Assembly: GCA_017411265.1 (NCBI GenBank)
Contig: JAFRDL010000050.1
Span: forward strand, 306 to 64,305
DNA from: Oscillospiraceae bacterium
Lineage (GTDB): Bacteria; Bacillota; Clostridia; Oscillospirales; Oscillospiraceae
Reading direction: 5' to 3'
DNA length: 64,000 bases
Under the pieces are notes generated by a model. That model did not search any database. It was not told the origin of the DNA and was given only the letters and a program-made list of their open reading frames with translations. Below are positions 39,749 through 50,494 of this stretch, in pieces; within the stretch, counting starts at the first letter, position 1; each line of letters begins with the position of its first letter. The position numbers and the translations under genes are program-made.

Positions 39749-41140
39749 ATGATCGTCAAAAACACCAAGAGAGAGAAGAACACCGTCACCTTTGATGTGG
39801 AACTGGACGCCGCTGAATTTGAAAAGCACGTCAATGAAGCCTACCGCAAGAACCGCGGCCGGATCATGGTCCCCGGCTTCCGGAAGGGCAAGGCCCCCCG
39901 CATGGTCATTGAGGGCATGTACGGCTCCGACGTTTTTTATGACGAGGCCATGGAGAACGCCGCCAACGAGGCGTTCGCCTTCGGCGCAGAGCAGGAGAAA
40001 CTCAACACCGTGGGACGTCCCGGCATGACGGATTCCCGCGTCACCGAGGAGAAGGGCGCCGTTCTGTCTTTCCAGACCGACGTGTGGCCCGAGGTCACCC
40101 TGGGTCAGTACAAGGGCCTGGAGGCCGCGAAGGAGAGCGCGGAGGTCACCGACGAGGAGATCGCCCAGGAAGTGGAGCGTATGCGCAAGCAGAACGGCCG
40201 CCTGGTCACCGTGGAGCGCCCCGCCCAGAACGGCGACACCGTGAACATCGACTACAAGGGCACCAAGGACGGCGTCGCCTTTGACGGCGGCACGGCCGAG
40301 AATTACAACCTGGTGCTGGGGTCCGGCAGCTTCATTCCCGGCTTCGAGGAGAAGCTGGTGGGCATCTCTGCGCAGGAGGAGCGGGATCTGGATCTCACCT
40401 TCCCCGAGGAGTATCACGCTGCCGACCTGGCCGGGAAGGCCGTGGTTTTCCATGTCAAGTGCAACGAGGTCAAGTTCGAGGAGCTTCCCGAGCTGGACGA
40501 TGAGTTTGCCAAGGACAACGACTTTGACACGCTGGACGCTCTGAAGGCCGATATCCGCAGCCGCCGGGAGGAGCAGAAGAAGGCTGCCGCCGACAACGCT
40601 TTTGCCGACGCGCTGGTGGAAGCCGCCATCGACAACATGACCGTGGAGATCCCCGCCTCCATGATCGAGGAGCGGATGGACGGCATCATGAAGGAATACG
40701 CCCAGTACATGTCCCAGCAGGGCATCGGCCTGGAGCAGTATCTGAAGATGATCGGCAGCGACGTGGCCTCCTTCCGGGAGACCACCCGCGCCACCGCCGA
40801 AAAGCAGACCCGCACCGAGGTCCTGCTCTCTGCCGTCGCCGACGCGGAGAACATCCAGATCTCCGAGGATGACCTGAAGGCCGAGTACGCCAAGATGGGC
40901 GAGGCCTACGGCATGAAGGCCGAAGAGGTGGAGAAGTATGTGGACGTCGAGGGTCTGAAGGCCGATCTCCGCCGCCGGAAGGCTGTGGACGTCATCGCGG
41001 AAAGCGGCGTTGTGGCTGTTACCAAGGCGAAGAAGACCGTCCGCAAGCCGGCGGACAAGAAGGCCGAGGCCGATGGCGAGGCGCCGGCCAAGAAGCCCCG
41101 CAAAACCACCAAGAAGGCCGAGGAGGAGAAGGCGGAGTAA
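39749..41140 (+). CDS. tig: Trigger factor (with a Lys/Ala/Glu-rich C-terminal tail)
   Basis: 463 aa. The ribosome-binding GFRKGKAP signature (VPGFRKGKAPRMV), an FKBP-type middle domain, and the tig-clpP-clpX-lon order. Confidence 0.95.
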   Translation: MIVKNTKREKNTVTFDVELDAAEFEKHVNEAYRKNRGRIMVPGFRKGKAPRMVIEGMYGSDVFYDEAMENAANEAFAFGAEQEKLNTVGRPGMTDSRVTEEKGAVLSFQTDVWPEVTLGQYKGLEAAKESAEVTDEEIAQEVERMRKQNGRLVTVERPAQNGDTVNIDYKGTKDGVAFDGGTAENYNLVLGSGSFIPGFEEKLVGISAQEERDLDLTFPEEYHAADLAGKAVVFHVKCNEVKFEELPELDDEFAKDNDFDTLDALKADIRSRREEQKKAAADNAFADALVEAAIDNMTVEIPASMIEERMDGIMKEYAQYMSQQGIGLEQYLKMIGSDVASFRETTRATAEKQTRTEVLLSAVADAENIQISEDDLKAEYAKMGEAYGMKAEEVEKYVDVEGLKADLRRRKAVDVIAESGVVAVTKAKKTVRKPADKKAEADGEAPAKKPRKTTKKAEEEKAE

Positions 41141-41194
41141 GCTCCGCCCGGCCCCGGCAGGCAAGTTTTTTCCCAGGCAAAGGAGGATCTATTC

Positions 41195-41776
41195 ATGAGT
41201 CTCGTACCGTATGTTGTGGAACAGACGTCCCGGGGGGAGCGTTCCTATGACATTTTTTCCCGTTTGCTGAACGATCGGATCGTGATGCTCTCCGAGGAGG
41301 TCAATGAAACCACTGCGTCCCTGGTGGTGGCCCAGCTTCTGTATCTGGAAGCCCAGGACCCCGACAAGGACATCCAGTTCTATATCAACTCTCCCGGCGG
41401 CAGCGTCACGGCCGGCTTGGCCATCTACGACACGATGCAGTATATCAAGGCGGATGTTTCCACCATCTGCGTGGGTATGGCCGCGTCCATGGGCGCATTC
41501 CTCCTGGCCGCAGGGGCCAAGGGCAAGCGGATCGCCCTGCCCAACGCGGAGATCATGATCCACCAGCCCTCCGGCGGCAGCCGCGGCCAGGCCTCCGATA
41601 TCAAGATCCAGGCCGATCAGATCCTGCGTATCCGGGACAATCTGAACCGGATCCTGGCGGAGAACACCGGCAAGACCGTGGAGCAGATCGCCCTGGACAC
41701 CGAGCGCGATCATTTTATGAGCGCGGAGGAGGCCCGGGAGTATGGCCTCATCGACAAGGTAATCTATAAGAGATAA
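41195..41776 (+). CDS. clpP: ATP-dependent Clp protease proteolytic subunit
   Basis: 193 aa. RIVMLSEEV, the active-site Ser in [14 protein letters not shown], and His in IMIHQP. Confidence 0.97.
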   Translation: MSLVPYVVEQTSRGERSYDIFSRLLNDRIVMLSEEVNETTASLVVAQLLYLEAQDPDKDIQFYINSPGGSVTAGLAIYDTMQYIKADVSTICVGMAASMGAFLLAAGAKGKRIALPNAEIMIHQPSGGSRGQASDIKIQADQILRIRDNLNRILAENTGKTVEQIALDTERDHFMSAEEAREYGLIDKVIYKR

Positions 41777-41794
41777 TCGGGAGATCCCTGTTCT

Positions 41795-43051
41795 ATGGCA
41801 AGATCTGACGACAAAAAAATCCGCTGCTCCTTCTGCAACCACACCCAGGACCAGGTTGACCGGCTGATCGCCGGCAACGGCGCCTATATCTGCAGCGACT
41901 GCGTGCGGCTGTGCGTGAGCATCGTGGACGAGGAGCTTCCCAAGACCACGGTGAAAACACCGTCCAAGACGGAGATCCGGGATATCCCCGTGCCGGCCGA
42001 CATCAAAAAGATCCTGGATGAGTACATCATCGGGCAGGAAAAGGCCAAGATCGCCCTGTCCGTGGCGGTGTACAACCACTATAAGCGCATCTATTTCGGC
42101 ACGCAGAACGATGTGGAGCTGCAGAAGTCCAACATCCTGCTCATCGGCCCGACAGGGAGCGGCAAGACCCTCTTTGCCCAGACGCTGGCCAAGGTGCTGG
42201 ACGTGCCCTTTGCCATCGCCGACGCCACCACGCTTACCGAGGCGGGCTACGTGGGCGAGGACGTGGAGAACATCCTCACCCGGCTGCTTCAGGCCGCGGA
42301 GTTCGACGTGGAGCGCGCCCAGCGCGGAATCATCTATATCGACGAGATCGACAAGATCGCCCGGAAGAGCGAGAACCCCTCCATCACCCGGGACGTGTCC
42401 GGCGAGGGCGTGCAGCAGGCTCTGCTGAAGATCCTGGAGGGCACGGTGGCCGCGGTCCCGCCCCAGGGCGGGCGCAAGCATCCCCACCAGGAGTTCATCC
42501 ATATCGACACCACCAATATCCTCTTCATCTGCGGCGGCGCCTTCGACGGCCTGGACAAGATCATTGAGAACCGGATGGACCGGCGCAGCATGGGCTTCGG
42601 TGCGGAGATCGCGGGGAAGAAGGAGAAGAACACGGGGGAGATCCTGGCCAATGTGCAGCAGCACGACGTGCTGAAATACGGCATCATCCCCGAACTGGTG
42701 GGCCGTCTGCCGGTGATCACGCCGCTGGATTCCCTGGACAAGGACGCGCTGGTGCGCATCCTTACCGAGCCGAAAAACGCCATCACCAAGCAGTACGCCG
42801 CCTTGATGGATCTGGACCATGTGACCCTGGAGTTTGAGCCCGAGGCCCTTACCGCCATCGCGGAAAAAGCGGTGGATATGGAGATCGGCGCCCGTGGACT
42901 CCGGAGCATCATGGAGGGGATCATGACCAACGTGATGTTCCGCGTCCCCTCGGACAAGAGCATCGAGCGTGTGGTCATCACCGCCGCATGCGTCCGGAAC
43001 AACGAAGAACCCGTCATCCGCCGCAGAGGCGTTGACACAAAGACAGAATAA
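41795..43051 (+). CDS. clpX: ATP-dependent Clp protease ATP-binding subunit ClpX
   Basis: 418 aa. Zinc-binding CSFCN...CSDC, Walker [16 protein letters not shown] and Walker [10 protein letters not shown]. Confidence 0.97.
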   Translation: MARSDDKKIRCSFCNHTQDQVDRLIAGNGAYICSDCVRLCVSIVDEELPKTTVKTPSKTEIRDIPVPADIKKILDEYIIGQEKAKIALSVAVYNHYKRIYFGTQNDVELQKSNILLIGPTGSGKTLFAQTLAKVLDVPFAIADATTLTEAGYVGEDVENILTRLLQAAEFDVERAQRGIIYIDEIDKIARKSENPSITRDVSGEGVQQALLKILEGTVAAVPPQGGRKHPHQEFIHIDTTNILFICGGAFDGLDKIIENRMDRRSMGFGAEIAGKKEKNTGEILANVQQHDVLKYGIIPELVGRLPVITPLDSLDKDALVRILTEPKNAITKQYAALMDLDHVTLEFEPEALTAIAEKAVDMEIGARGLRSIMEGIMTNVMFRVPSDKSIERVVITAACVRNNEEPVIRRRGVDTKTE

Positions 43052-43067
43052 ACGAGCATTTCGCAAA

Positions 43068-43094
43068 CAGCGGGGTCAGCCCCGCTGATTTGCT
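43068..43094 (+). terminator. Weak hairpin between clpX and lon (terminator or attenuator)
   Basis: CAGCGGGG-TCAG-CCCCGCTG followed by ATTTGCT. Confidence 0.45.
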
Positions 43095-43100
43095 ATCGAG

Positions 43101-45521
43101 GTGAACACCATGGCAGAAAACACAAGCAGGATCATGACCCTTCCCACGCTGGCCCTGCGGGGAGCCTCGGTTTTTCCGGGCACCACGCTGCATTTTGACG
43201 TGGAGCGGCCCATGAGCATCGCGGCGCTGAACGCCGCCATCGGCACGGACCGGATGATTTTTCTGGTGGCCCAGCGGGACATTGCCTGCGATACGCCCCA
43301 CGCGGCGGATCTGTACACGGTTGGCACGGTGTGCCGCCTGAGCCAGATCCTGCGCACGCCGGGGGGAGGGAATGTGAAGTGCATCGTGGACGGGCTTCAC
43401 AGGGCGCGTCTTCTGCGGATCACGGCGGAGACCCCCAGCCTGTGGGCCAACGTCCAGATCCTCTCCGACGATCCTGTGGACAGCGCCTGCGTGAAATGCG
43501 AGGCGCTGGTCCGCTCCTGCGGCGAGCTTTTCGCCCAATATGCGGAGGCCGCCGGAACCATCGGGCCCGATGTGCTCCTGCGGATCGCCGACCGCGGTGA
43601 TCCCGGCTTCGTTTCGGACTATATCGCCCAGAACCTGTATCTCCATCCGGCGGACAAGCAGACACTGCTGGAGCAGCTTGACCCGCTTCAGAGGCTTTCC
43701 GCGCTTATCGGCATGATCCGTCGGGAGATCGAGATCCTGGACGTTCAGGAGACCCTTCAGACCACCACCGCCGAGCGGATGGCCCACAACCACAAGGAGT
43801 ATTTCCTGCGGGAGCAGCTGCGTGTCATTCAGGAAGAACTGGGCGAGGCCTCCGAGCTGGACGAGCTGGAGGAGTACCGGGAGAAGATCCTGGCCCTGGG
43901 TCTGGAGGAGGCGGTTGAGCAGAAGCTTCTGAAGGAACTGAGCCGTTTGGGCAAGCAGCCCTTCGGCAGCGCCGAGGGGGCGGTCCTCCGTTCCTATCTG
44001 GACGTATGTCTGGAACTGCCCTGGAATCAGCGGACGGAAGATGTGACGGACATCGCCCGGGCCAAAAGGATCCTGGACGAGGATCATTACGGTCTTACCA
44101 AGGTGAAGGATCGGATCCTGGAATACCTGGCCGTGCGCCAGCTCTCCCGGGAGGTGAAGGGCGGCGTGCTGTGTCTGGTGGGGCCTCCGGGTGTGGGCAA
44201 GACGAGCATCGCCATGAGCGTGGCCCGGGCCACCAACCGGAAGATGGCCCGCCTCTCTCTGGGCGGCGTCCATGACGAGGCGGAGATCCGTGGCCACAGG
44301 AAGACCTATGTGGGCGCCATGCCCGGCCGGATCATCGCCGGCATCCAGCAGGCGGGGACCCGCAATCCCGTCCTGGTGCTGGACGAGATCGACAAGCTGG
44401 GCTCCGATTACCGGGGCGATCCTTCCTCGGCTCTGCTGGAGGCGCTGGACGGGGAGCAGAACACGACCTTCCGGGATCACTTCCTGGAGATCCCCTTCGA
44501 TCTCTCCGAGGTGCTGTTCATCACCACGGCCAATACCGCCGACACCATTCCCCGGGCGCTGCTGGACCGGATGGAGGTCATCACGCTGGGCAGCTACACC
44601 GATGAGGAAAAACTGCAGATCGCCAAGCGGCATCTGCTTCCCAAGCAGCGGACGCGCCACGGCCTCACCGGCAATCAGCTCCGGCTGACGGACGACGCCA
44701 TCCGGGAGATCATCGCCCGCTACACCCGAGAATCCGGGGTGCGGATGCTGGAGCGGGAGATCGCGGCGGTATGCCGGAAGACGGCTAAGGCCGTCGCCTC
44801 CGGGGAGCGGAAGTCGGTACGTCTTCGCGCCGGAGAGCTGGAGCCCTGGCTGGGGCCGGTAAAGTTCAAGCCCGAGCCCCACTTTTCCGCCGACGCCGTG
44901 GGTCTGGTCCACGGTCTGGCCTGGACGTCTGTGGGCGGCGAGGTGCTGGACGTGGAGTGTTCCGTGGTCCCCGGTACGGGCAAGCTGGAGCTTACCGGCA
45001 ATCTGGGCGACGTGATGAAGGAATCCTGCCACGCGGCGGTGACCTATATCCGCAGCCGGGCGGACGCTCTGGGCATCGATCCGGAATTTTACAAAAACTC
45101 GGACATCCATCTTCACTTCCCGGAGGGGGCCGTTCCCAAGGACGGACCCAGCGCCGGCGCGGCCATCACGCTGTGCGTGGTGTCCGCTCTGACCAACCGG
45201 CCGGTACGCAGCGACGTGGCGATGACCGGAGAGATCACGCTGCGGGGCCGTGTGCTTGCCATCGGCGGCATCCAGGAAAAGACCATGGCCGCCCTTCGGG
45301 CCGGCATTCACGAGGTGCTCCTTCCCCAGGACAACCTCACCGACCTTGCCGAGGTGGATCCCCAGGTCCGCGCGGCAGTGAACATCACGGCGGTTTCCCA
45401 CATGGATCAGGTCCTGGAGAAGGCTCTGCTGCCTGTCGCCGACGCGGAAGAGGAGGGCGTTCTTTCGGAGCTTCCGATCCCGCTTTCGGAGAAAAAGCCG
45501 GGGGTGCAGATCCGGCAATGA
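43101..45521 (+). CDS. lon: ATP-dependent protease Lon (LonA)
   Basis: 806 aa. LON N-domain, Walker [12 protein letters not shown], and catalytic Ser in [10 protein letters not shown] with a downstream Lys. Confidence 0.97.
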   Translation: MNTMAENTSRIMTLPTLALRGASVFPGTTLHFDVERPMSIAALNAAIGTDRMIFLVAQRDIACDTPHAADLYTVGTVCRLSQILRTPGGGNVKCIVDGLHRARLLRITAETPSLWANVQILSDDPVDSACVKCEALVRSCGELFAQYAEAAGTIGPDVLLRIADRGDPGFVSDYIAQNLYLHPADKQTLLEQLDPLQRLSALIGMIRREIEILDVQETLQTTTAERMAHNHKEYFLREQLRVIQEELGEASELDELEEYREKILALGLEEAVEQKLLKELSRLGKQPFGSAEGAVLRSYLDVCLELPWNQRTEDVTDIARAKRILDEDHYGLTKVKDRILEYLAVRQLSREVKGGVLCLVGPPGVGKTSIAMSVARATNRKMARLSLGGVHDEAEIRGHRKTYVGAMPGRIIAGIQQAGTRNPVLVLDEIDKLGSDYRGDPSSALLEALDGEQNTTFRDHFLEIPFDLSEVLFITTANTADTIPRALLDRMEVITLGSYTDEEKLQIAKRHLLPKQRTRHGLTGNQLRLTDDAIREIIARYTRESGVRMLEREIAAVCRKTAKAVASGERKSVRLRAGELEPWLGPVKFKPEPHFSADAVGLVHGLAWTSVGGEVLDVECSVVPGTGKLELTGNLGDVMKESCHAAVTYIRSRADALGIDPEFYKNSDIHLHFPEGAVPKDGPSAGAAITLCVVSALTNRPVRSDVAMTGEITLRGRVLAIGGIQEKTMAALRAGIHEVLLPQDNLTDLAEVDPQVRAAVNITAVSHMDQVLEKALLPVADAEEEGVLSELPIPLSEKKPGVQIRQ

Positions 45522-46096
45522 ACACACAGAAGGTACAGTTCCTCCGCAGCGCCGCCTCTCCCAAGGATTTCCTTCGGGACGGACGCCCCAGCGCGGTATT
45601 TGCCGGTCGTTCCAACGTGGGGAAGTCCTCGGTGATCAACGCCCTGCTGAACCGAAAGAACTTCGCCCGGGTGGGAGCGACGCCCGGCAAGACGGTCCAG
45701 ATCAACTATTTTCTGGTGGACGGAGTGTATTTCGTGGACCTTCCCGGCTACGGCTACGCGAAGGTTTCCGGGGAGGAACGCCGCCGCTGGGGTGTGCTCA
45801 TGGAGGACTTTTTTTCCCAGCCCGGACGAATGACCGTGGGCGTGCAGATCGTGGACGCCCGACACGATCCGACGGCGGACGACGTCACCATGACGGAGTA
45901 TTTCCGCGGCTCCGCTCTTCCGTTCATCGTGGTTGCCAACAAGATGGACAAGCTGAAAAAAAGCGAGATCGGGCCCAACCTTCAGCGTATCCGCGATACG
46001 CTGGCGCTGGACGCTTCCGTTCCGGTGCTGGGCTTCTCCTGCGTCCGCGGAACGGGCCGTGACGAACTGCTGGGTTTTATCGAAAAACACATTTAG
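45518..46096 (+). CDS. engB: Ribosome biogenesis GTP-binding protein YihA/EngB
   Basis: ATG 45518 (ATGA overlap with the lon stop). G1 GRSNVGKSSVINAL, DLPGYG and NKMDK. The long 5' part of track ORF 44957.. lies inside lon. Stop TAG at 46094-46096. Confidence 0.92.
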   Translation: MNTQKVQFLRSAASPKDFLRDGRPSAVFAGRSNVGKSSVINALLNRKNFARVGATPGKTVQINYFLVDGVYFVDLPGYGYAKVSGEERRRWGVLMEDFFSQPGRMTVGVQIVDARHDPTADDVTMTEYFRGSALPFIVVANKMDKLKKSEIGPNLQRIRDTLALDASVPVLGFSCVRGTGRDELLGFIEKHI

Positions 46097-46138
46097 CGGT
46101 TGCTTTCTACTCTTGGATTTGTTAAAATAAACACGAAT

Positions 46139-46828
46139 ATGAGTGCTTTATCCAACATCTGGAACGGCTTGGACTGGTCCGTCCTCACGGGGATCGCGCT
46201 GAGCATCGTTCCCTCTCTCATCTGCATCACCCTCCATGAACTGAGCCACGGCTATGTGGCGTACCGCCTGGGCGACACCACGGCGAAGGACGCCGGACGG
46301 CTGACGCTCAATCCCATCCGGCACATCGATCCCATGGGTCTTCTGATGATGGTGGCGTTCAAGTTCGGCTGGGCCAAGCCGGTGCCGGTGAATATGTACC
46401 GGTTCCGCCATCCTCGGCGGGACATGGCGCTCACCGCCCTGGCGGGACCGGTGAGCAATCTGATCATCGGCGCCGTGTTCCTGTTCCTGTACGGGTTCCT
46501 GTACACGCCGCTGGTTCGGAGCGGCACGGTGGGGGACTGGTTTTTGCAGATGATCTACCTCACCGCCTATATCAGTCTGGCGCTGATGATTTTCAACATC
46601 CTGCCCATCTCCCCGCTGGACGGCAGCAAGGTACTGTATTCCTTTCTGCCCGACCGGGAGTATATGACGCTGATGCGCTATGAGCGCTACGGTATGATCC
46701 TTTTGCTGGTGCTGGTGGCGACCCGGGTTCTGGGCTCGCCGCTTTCCACGGCCACGGGCTGGGTATTCGATAAGCTGTTCTTCCTGGCGGAGGGCGGTTT
46801 TACTCTCTATAGAAAACTGGCGGGCTGA
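46139..46828 (+). CDS. Site-2 protease family (M50) membrane metalloprotease
   Basis: HELSHGYVA (HExxH) in a TM segment, RLTLNPIRHIDPMG, and a multi-pass hydrophobic profile. Start is at ATG 46139 or TTG 46100. Confidence 0.8.
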   Translation: MSALSNIWNGLDWSVLTGIALSIVPSLICITLHELSHGYVAYRLGDTTAKDAGRLTLNPIRHIDPMGLLMMVAFKFGWAKPVPVNMYRFRHPRRDMALTALAGPVSNLIIGAVFLFLYGFLYTPLVRSGTVGDWFLQMIYLTAYISLALMIFNILPISPLDGSKVLYSFLPDREYMTLMRYERYGMILLLVLVATRVLGSPLSTATGWVFDKLFFLAEGGFTLYRKLAG

Positions 46829-46830
46829 GA

Positions 46831-47619
46831 ATGCAGGAACCAAGTTATCATCTGGAAGGAGTCATCCGGACCCGGGACGAGCTGGAGGATTTTACCGGCC
46901 CGCTGGATCTCATTTTGATGCTCCTGTCCAAAAACAAGATCGAGATCCGGGACATCCAGATCTCCCAGCTGCTGGATCAGTATCTGGAGTATCTCCAGAT
47001 GATGCAGGAGATGGATCTGGAAATCGCCAGTGAATTTGTTCAGATGGCCTCCCATCTCATGTACATCAAGACAAAAATGCTCCTCACCGAAGAGAAGGAG
47101 CCTACGGAACTGGAAATGCTGGTCTCCGCCCTGGAGCAGCTGAAAAACCGGGACGCCATCACCGCCGTGCGCGAGGTGGCACCGGAGCTTGGCGTCCGGT
47201 CGGAAAACGGCTTTCGCTTCCAGACCCGGGGACCGCTTCCTCTCCCGGGGCGGCCCTACGATTACCGTCACGAGCCCCGGGAGCTGATCGCATCTCTGGC
47301 GCAGATCCTTCTCCGGGGCGCCGGGGACCTTCCGGCGGAGGAGGACGATTCTCTGCGCCGGGCGACCCCCAAGCCCATCATTTACAGCGTCCGGGCCAAG
47401 AGCAATCAGCTGGTGGGCCTGCTCCGGGAGCGGGGGCATCTGCCTTTACAGGAGCTCTTCGGCGTATGCAAAAGCCGCAGCGAGCTTGTGGCGACCTTCC
47501 TCTCCGTGCTGGAGCTGTGCTTTGCCGGGCAGATCCGTGTGACAGGCAGCGAGGGCAGCTACGACATCGCGGAGACCTTTGATGACAATCTGAGCGAAAT
47601 ACAGCTTGGGACGGATTAA
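46831..47619 (+). CDS. scpA: Segregation and condensation protein A
   Basis: 262 aa. FTGPLDLILMLLSKNKIEIRDIQISQLLDQYLEYL. Followed by scpB. Confidence 0.9.
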   Translation: MQEPSYHLEGVIRTRDELEDFTGPLDLILMLLSKNKIEIRDIQISQLLDQYLEYLQMMQEMDLEIASEFVQMASHLMYIKTKMLLTEEKEPTELEMLVSALEQLKNRDAITAVREVAPELGVRSENGFRFQTRGPLPLPGRPYDYRHEPRELIASLAQILLRGAGDLPAEEDDSLRRATPKPIIYSVRAKSNQLVGLLRERGHLPLQELFGVCKSRSELVATFLSVLELCFAGQIRVTGSEGSYDIAETFDDNLSEIQLGTD

Positions 47620-47621
47620 GA

Positions 47622-48221
47622 ATGGAAGTACAAGAGATCCGTCCGGCTCTGGAGGCGATCCTGTTCTCCGCCGGCGACAGCGTGGAGATCGGGCGCATCG
47701 CCAAAGTGCTGGGCGCTGAGCCCTGGGACGTCCGCCGGGCGGCGGAGGAACTGGGCAGGGAATATGAGGACCAGGGCCGGGGCATCCGCCTTGTGAGACT
47801 GGAGGAGCGGCTGCAGCTGGTGGGCGCACCGGAGTACAGCGAGGCGGTGAACCGCGCGCTGGAAAAACGGCCTCCCCCCAAGCTTTCTCCGGTGGCGCTG
47901 GAGGTGCTCTCCATCGTCGCCTATTACCAGCCGGTGACCCGGGCGTATATCGAGCAGCTCCGGGGGACGGACAGCTCCTACACCGTGGCCGTGCTGTCCG
48001 AGCGGGGACTCATCGCCCCCTGCGGGCGGCTGGAGGCGCCGGGACGGCCCGTGCTTTTCGGCACCACGGAGCAGTTCCTCCGCGTCATGGGCATTTCCTC
48101 TCTGGAGGAACTGCCGCCCCTTCCCAACATCGCCGCGGGCGAGGGGATCCAGGAGCTGCAGGCAGCCATCGACGCTGCCTCTGCCCGGGACGAGCAGCTG
48201 GAGATCACGGAGATTTCCTGA
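47622..48221 (+). CDS. scpB: Segregation and condensation protein B
   Basis: 199 aa. LEAILFSAGDSV, LSPVALEVLSIVAYYQPVTRAYIEQLRG, and GRPVLFGTTEQFL. Confidence 0.9.
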   Translation: MEVQEIRPALEAILFSAGDSVEIGRIAKVLGAEPWDVRRAAEELGREYEDQGRGIRLVRLEERLQLVGAPEYSEAVNRALEKRPPPKLSPVALEVLSIVAYYQPVTRAYIEQLRGTDSSYTVAVLSERGLIAPCGRLEAPGRPVLFGTTEQFLRVMGISSLEELPPLPNIAAGEGIQELQAAIDAASARDEQLEITEIS

Positions 48222-48251
48222 TGGTTTTTTAAGGGAAGAGAGGTGATGTGA

Positions 48252-48959
48252 TTGGTTTGGCTCATCATACTGGCGGTCCTCGCGGTGCTGATCCTGCTGG
48301 TCTTTTTTGTGCCGTATGGTGTTGATGCCTCCTATATGGGCGGTGTTTTCCGTCTGGGGATCAAGGCCGGGCCGATCCGCATCGGGCTTTTTCCCAAAAA
48401 GCCGCTGACCGAAAAACAGAAGGCGCGAAAGGCGAAACGCCAGGCAAAAAAAGACGCTAAAAAACAAGCCAAGGCAGAGAAAAAAGAAGCCGAGGCCCAG
48501 AAGGAAAAGCTGGACGAGACCGAAAAGATCAAGAAAAAACTGAGCATCGATCTGGAGACGGCCATGGCTCTGCTGAAAATGGGTGCCCATGCCATCCGAC
48601 GGTTTTTCCGCAGCTTTACCATCGATCTGTTCCAGCTCCACTATACGGCGGCCTCCGGCGATCCGTACAACACCGCCATGCAGTACGCCTACGCCTGCTC
48701 CGCGGTGGAAGCGCTCCCGGCCATGTGCGGCGATGTGATCCGCGTCCGCCGCCGGGACATCCGGCTGAGATCCGATTTTCTCTCTGACACACCGGAATTC
48801 TCCGGCCGCATCACCCTCACGCTGCAGCTGTTCCGTCTGGTCCATATGGCGGTGGCCTTCGGCGTGGAATTCTTGACATGGAAGATAAAGCACCGCGGGA
48901 GCAAGTCCCCGGAGGCAACGGAAAGGAAGGAAGACAATGGAAGAGAACAGGCTCAATGA
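48252..48959 (+). CDS. DUF2953 (YtfI-like) membrane protein
   Basis: N-terminal TM WLIILAVLAVLILLVFFVPYG, a Lys-rich linker, and position immediately upstream of a gerW/ytfJ homolog, as in Bacillus ytfI-ytfJ. Confidence 0.65.
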   Translation: MVWLIILAVLAVLILLVFFVPYGVDASYMGGVFRLGIKAGPIRIGLFPKKPLTEKQKARKAKRQAKKDAKKQAKAEKKEAEAQKEKLDETEKIKKKLSIDLETAMALLKMGAHAIRRFFRSFTIDLFQLHYTAASGDPYNTAMQYAYACSAVEALPAMCGDVIRVRRRDIRLRSDFLSDTPEFSGRITLTLQLFRLVHMAVAFGVEFLTWKIKHRGSKSPEATERKEDNGREQAQ

Positions 48960-49302
48960 GGTCATGGACACCACCATCAGCAAGATCCGGGAGCTTGCCG
49001 ACGCCAACACCATCATGGGCAGCCCCATCACCACGCCGGACGGCATCACTGTGATCCCGGTTTCCCGGGTGAGCATCGGCTTCGGCACCGGCGGCACCTC
49101 CGGCAGCAAAGGCGTTGCCTTTACCGGCGGCAACGGCGGCGGTGTGAAGGTGGAGCCCATCGGATTCTTTGTGATCAAGGACGGAAACTGCCGCATGATC
49201 AGCGTTGCTCCTCCGCCGCTCAATACCATGGACCGGATCGTGGAGATGGTGCCGGACGTGCTGGACCGCGTGGACGGCATGCTGAATAAAAACAAGGAAT
49301 AA
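48937..49302 (+). CDS. GerW/YtfJ family sporulation protein
   Basis: 121 aa. TIMGSPITTPDGITVIPVSRVSIGFGTGG...GGGVKVEPIGFFVIKDG. Confidence 0.8.
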   Translation: MEENRLNEVMDTTISKIRELADANTIMGSPITTPDGITVIPVSRVSIGFGTGGTSGSKGVAFTGGNGGGVKVEPIGFFVIKDGNCRMISVAPPPLNTMDRIVEMVPDVLDRVDGMLNKNKE

Positions 49303-49400
49303 CGGCTCATCGGGAGGATGTGTGCCGCGCCTTTTGTGCGCCGTATATTTCCTCCTTTCCCGGAAAGAATAAGCACCGCCCATAACTCGGAGGGTGGTGC

Positions 49401-50477
49401 TTGTTTTTGAAAAAGGGCGTTTTTATTGTTTTCGGGATATCCATGCTGCTGGCCGTGCCTGTCCGGGCAGCGGAGGCGCCTCCGGAGACCTCCGCCCGGG
49501 CGATGATCGTTTATCACGCCGCTTCCGGCCGGGTGCTGGCGGCGAAAAACCCGGACGAGCCCATGCTCGTGGCCAGCACCACCAAGCTGATGACGGCGCT
49601 GGTGGCGGCAGAGCAGGGAGACCTGGACAGGGACGTGGAGATCCTGCCCCAGTGGACGCTGGCGGAGGGCTCGTCCATGTATCTCCGGAGCGGGGAGCGG
49701 TATACGCTGCGGGAGCTTTTGCAGGGGCTGCTGCTTGCCTCCGGCAACGATGCCGCCCTGGCGGTGGCGGAGACGGTTGGCGGCAGCGTGGAGCGTTTTG
49801 CGGAGCGGATGAACCGCACCGCCGGGGAGCTGGGGCTTTCCCACACCCACTTCTCCAACCCTCACGGGCTGGATGGCGAGGATCATTTCTCCTGCGCCCG
49901 GGATCTGGCGGTGCTGATGGGCCGGGTCATGACCGAGCCGGAGCTGCGGGAGATTTTGGGTATGCGGACCGCCTGTATCCACGGAACGCTGTATCTCAAT
50001 CACAACAAGCTTCTTGGCCGATGCGAGGGCGTCGTCGGAGGGAAGACCGGGTACACGAAAGCCGCCGGGCGCTGCCTGGTTTCCTGCTGCCGCCGGGACG
50101 GACTGGAGCTGATCTGCGTCACTCTGTCGGATCCCGAGGACTGGACGGACCACCGGGCGCTGTACGATTGGGCCTTTTCCCGATATCGCGCCATGGATCC
50201 CGGGGAACTGGATCCGCTCCCCGCGATCCCGCGGATCGGCGCGGAGGAGCCCGCCGGGGTGGACTGGGGCGCCGCTCCGGAGCTGTGCGTCGCCCGGGAC
50301 GCCCGGATCTCCGCGGAGATCCGGCTTCCCCGGTTTGTATTCCGTCCGGTCGTTCCCGGCACGGAGGCGGGGAAGATCCGGATCGCCGAGAATGAGAAAA
50401 CCATCGCGGAATTCCCCTTGGTATGGGGCGGAAACAGGACGGATCCGACCGGCTTTGTCGGTTCAATGGCCATTTGA
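49401..50477 (+). CDS. D-alanyl-D-alanine carboxypeptidase (S11 family, DacB-like)
   Basis: TTG start after GGAGGG gives signal peptide MFLKKGVFIVFGISMLLAVPVRA. SxxK ASTTK, SxN SGND, and KTG in GGKTGYT. Confidence 0.85.
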   Translation: MFLKKGVFIVFGISMLLAVPVRAAEAPPETSARAMIVYHAASGRVLAAKNPDEPMLVASTTKLMTALVAAEQGDLDRDVEILPQWTLAEGSSMYLRSGERYTLRELLQGLLLASGNDAALAVAETVGGSVERFAERMNRTAGELGLSHTHFSNPHGLDGEDHFSCARDLAVLMGRVMTEPELREILGMRTACIHGTLYLNHNKLLGRCEGVVGGKTGYTKAAGRCLVSCCRRDGLELICVTLSDPEDWTDHRALYDWAFSRYRAMDPGELDPLPAIPRIGAEEPAGVDWGAAPELCVARDARISAEIRLPRFVFRPVVPGTEAGKIRIAENEKTIAEFPLVWGGNRTDPTGFVGSMAI

Positions 50478-50494
50478 TTTCGGAGGACGCTGCT

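Noticed and set aside
41141-41194. CtsR or CIRCE heat-shock operators upstream of clpP (and of lon at 43052-43100).
   Set aside because: By eye there is neither a GGTCAAA direct repeat nor the TTAGCACTC-N9-GAGTGCTAA inverted repeat. clpP probably rides on the tig transcript.
49368-49416. A hairpin, AAGCACCGCCC...GGTGGTGCTT plus T-run, as a gerW terminator. If real, it would force the dacB-like start to ATG 49443.
   Set aside because: The right arm contains the GGAGGG RBS, and the T-run is the TTG-TTT-TTG start of a well-formed signal peptide (MFLKKGVFIVFGISMLLAVPVRA). I kept the 49401 start, though a dual role cannot be excluded.
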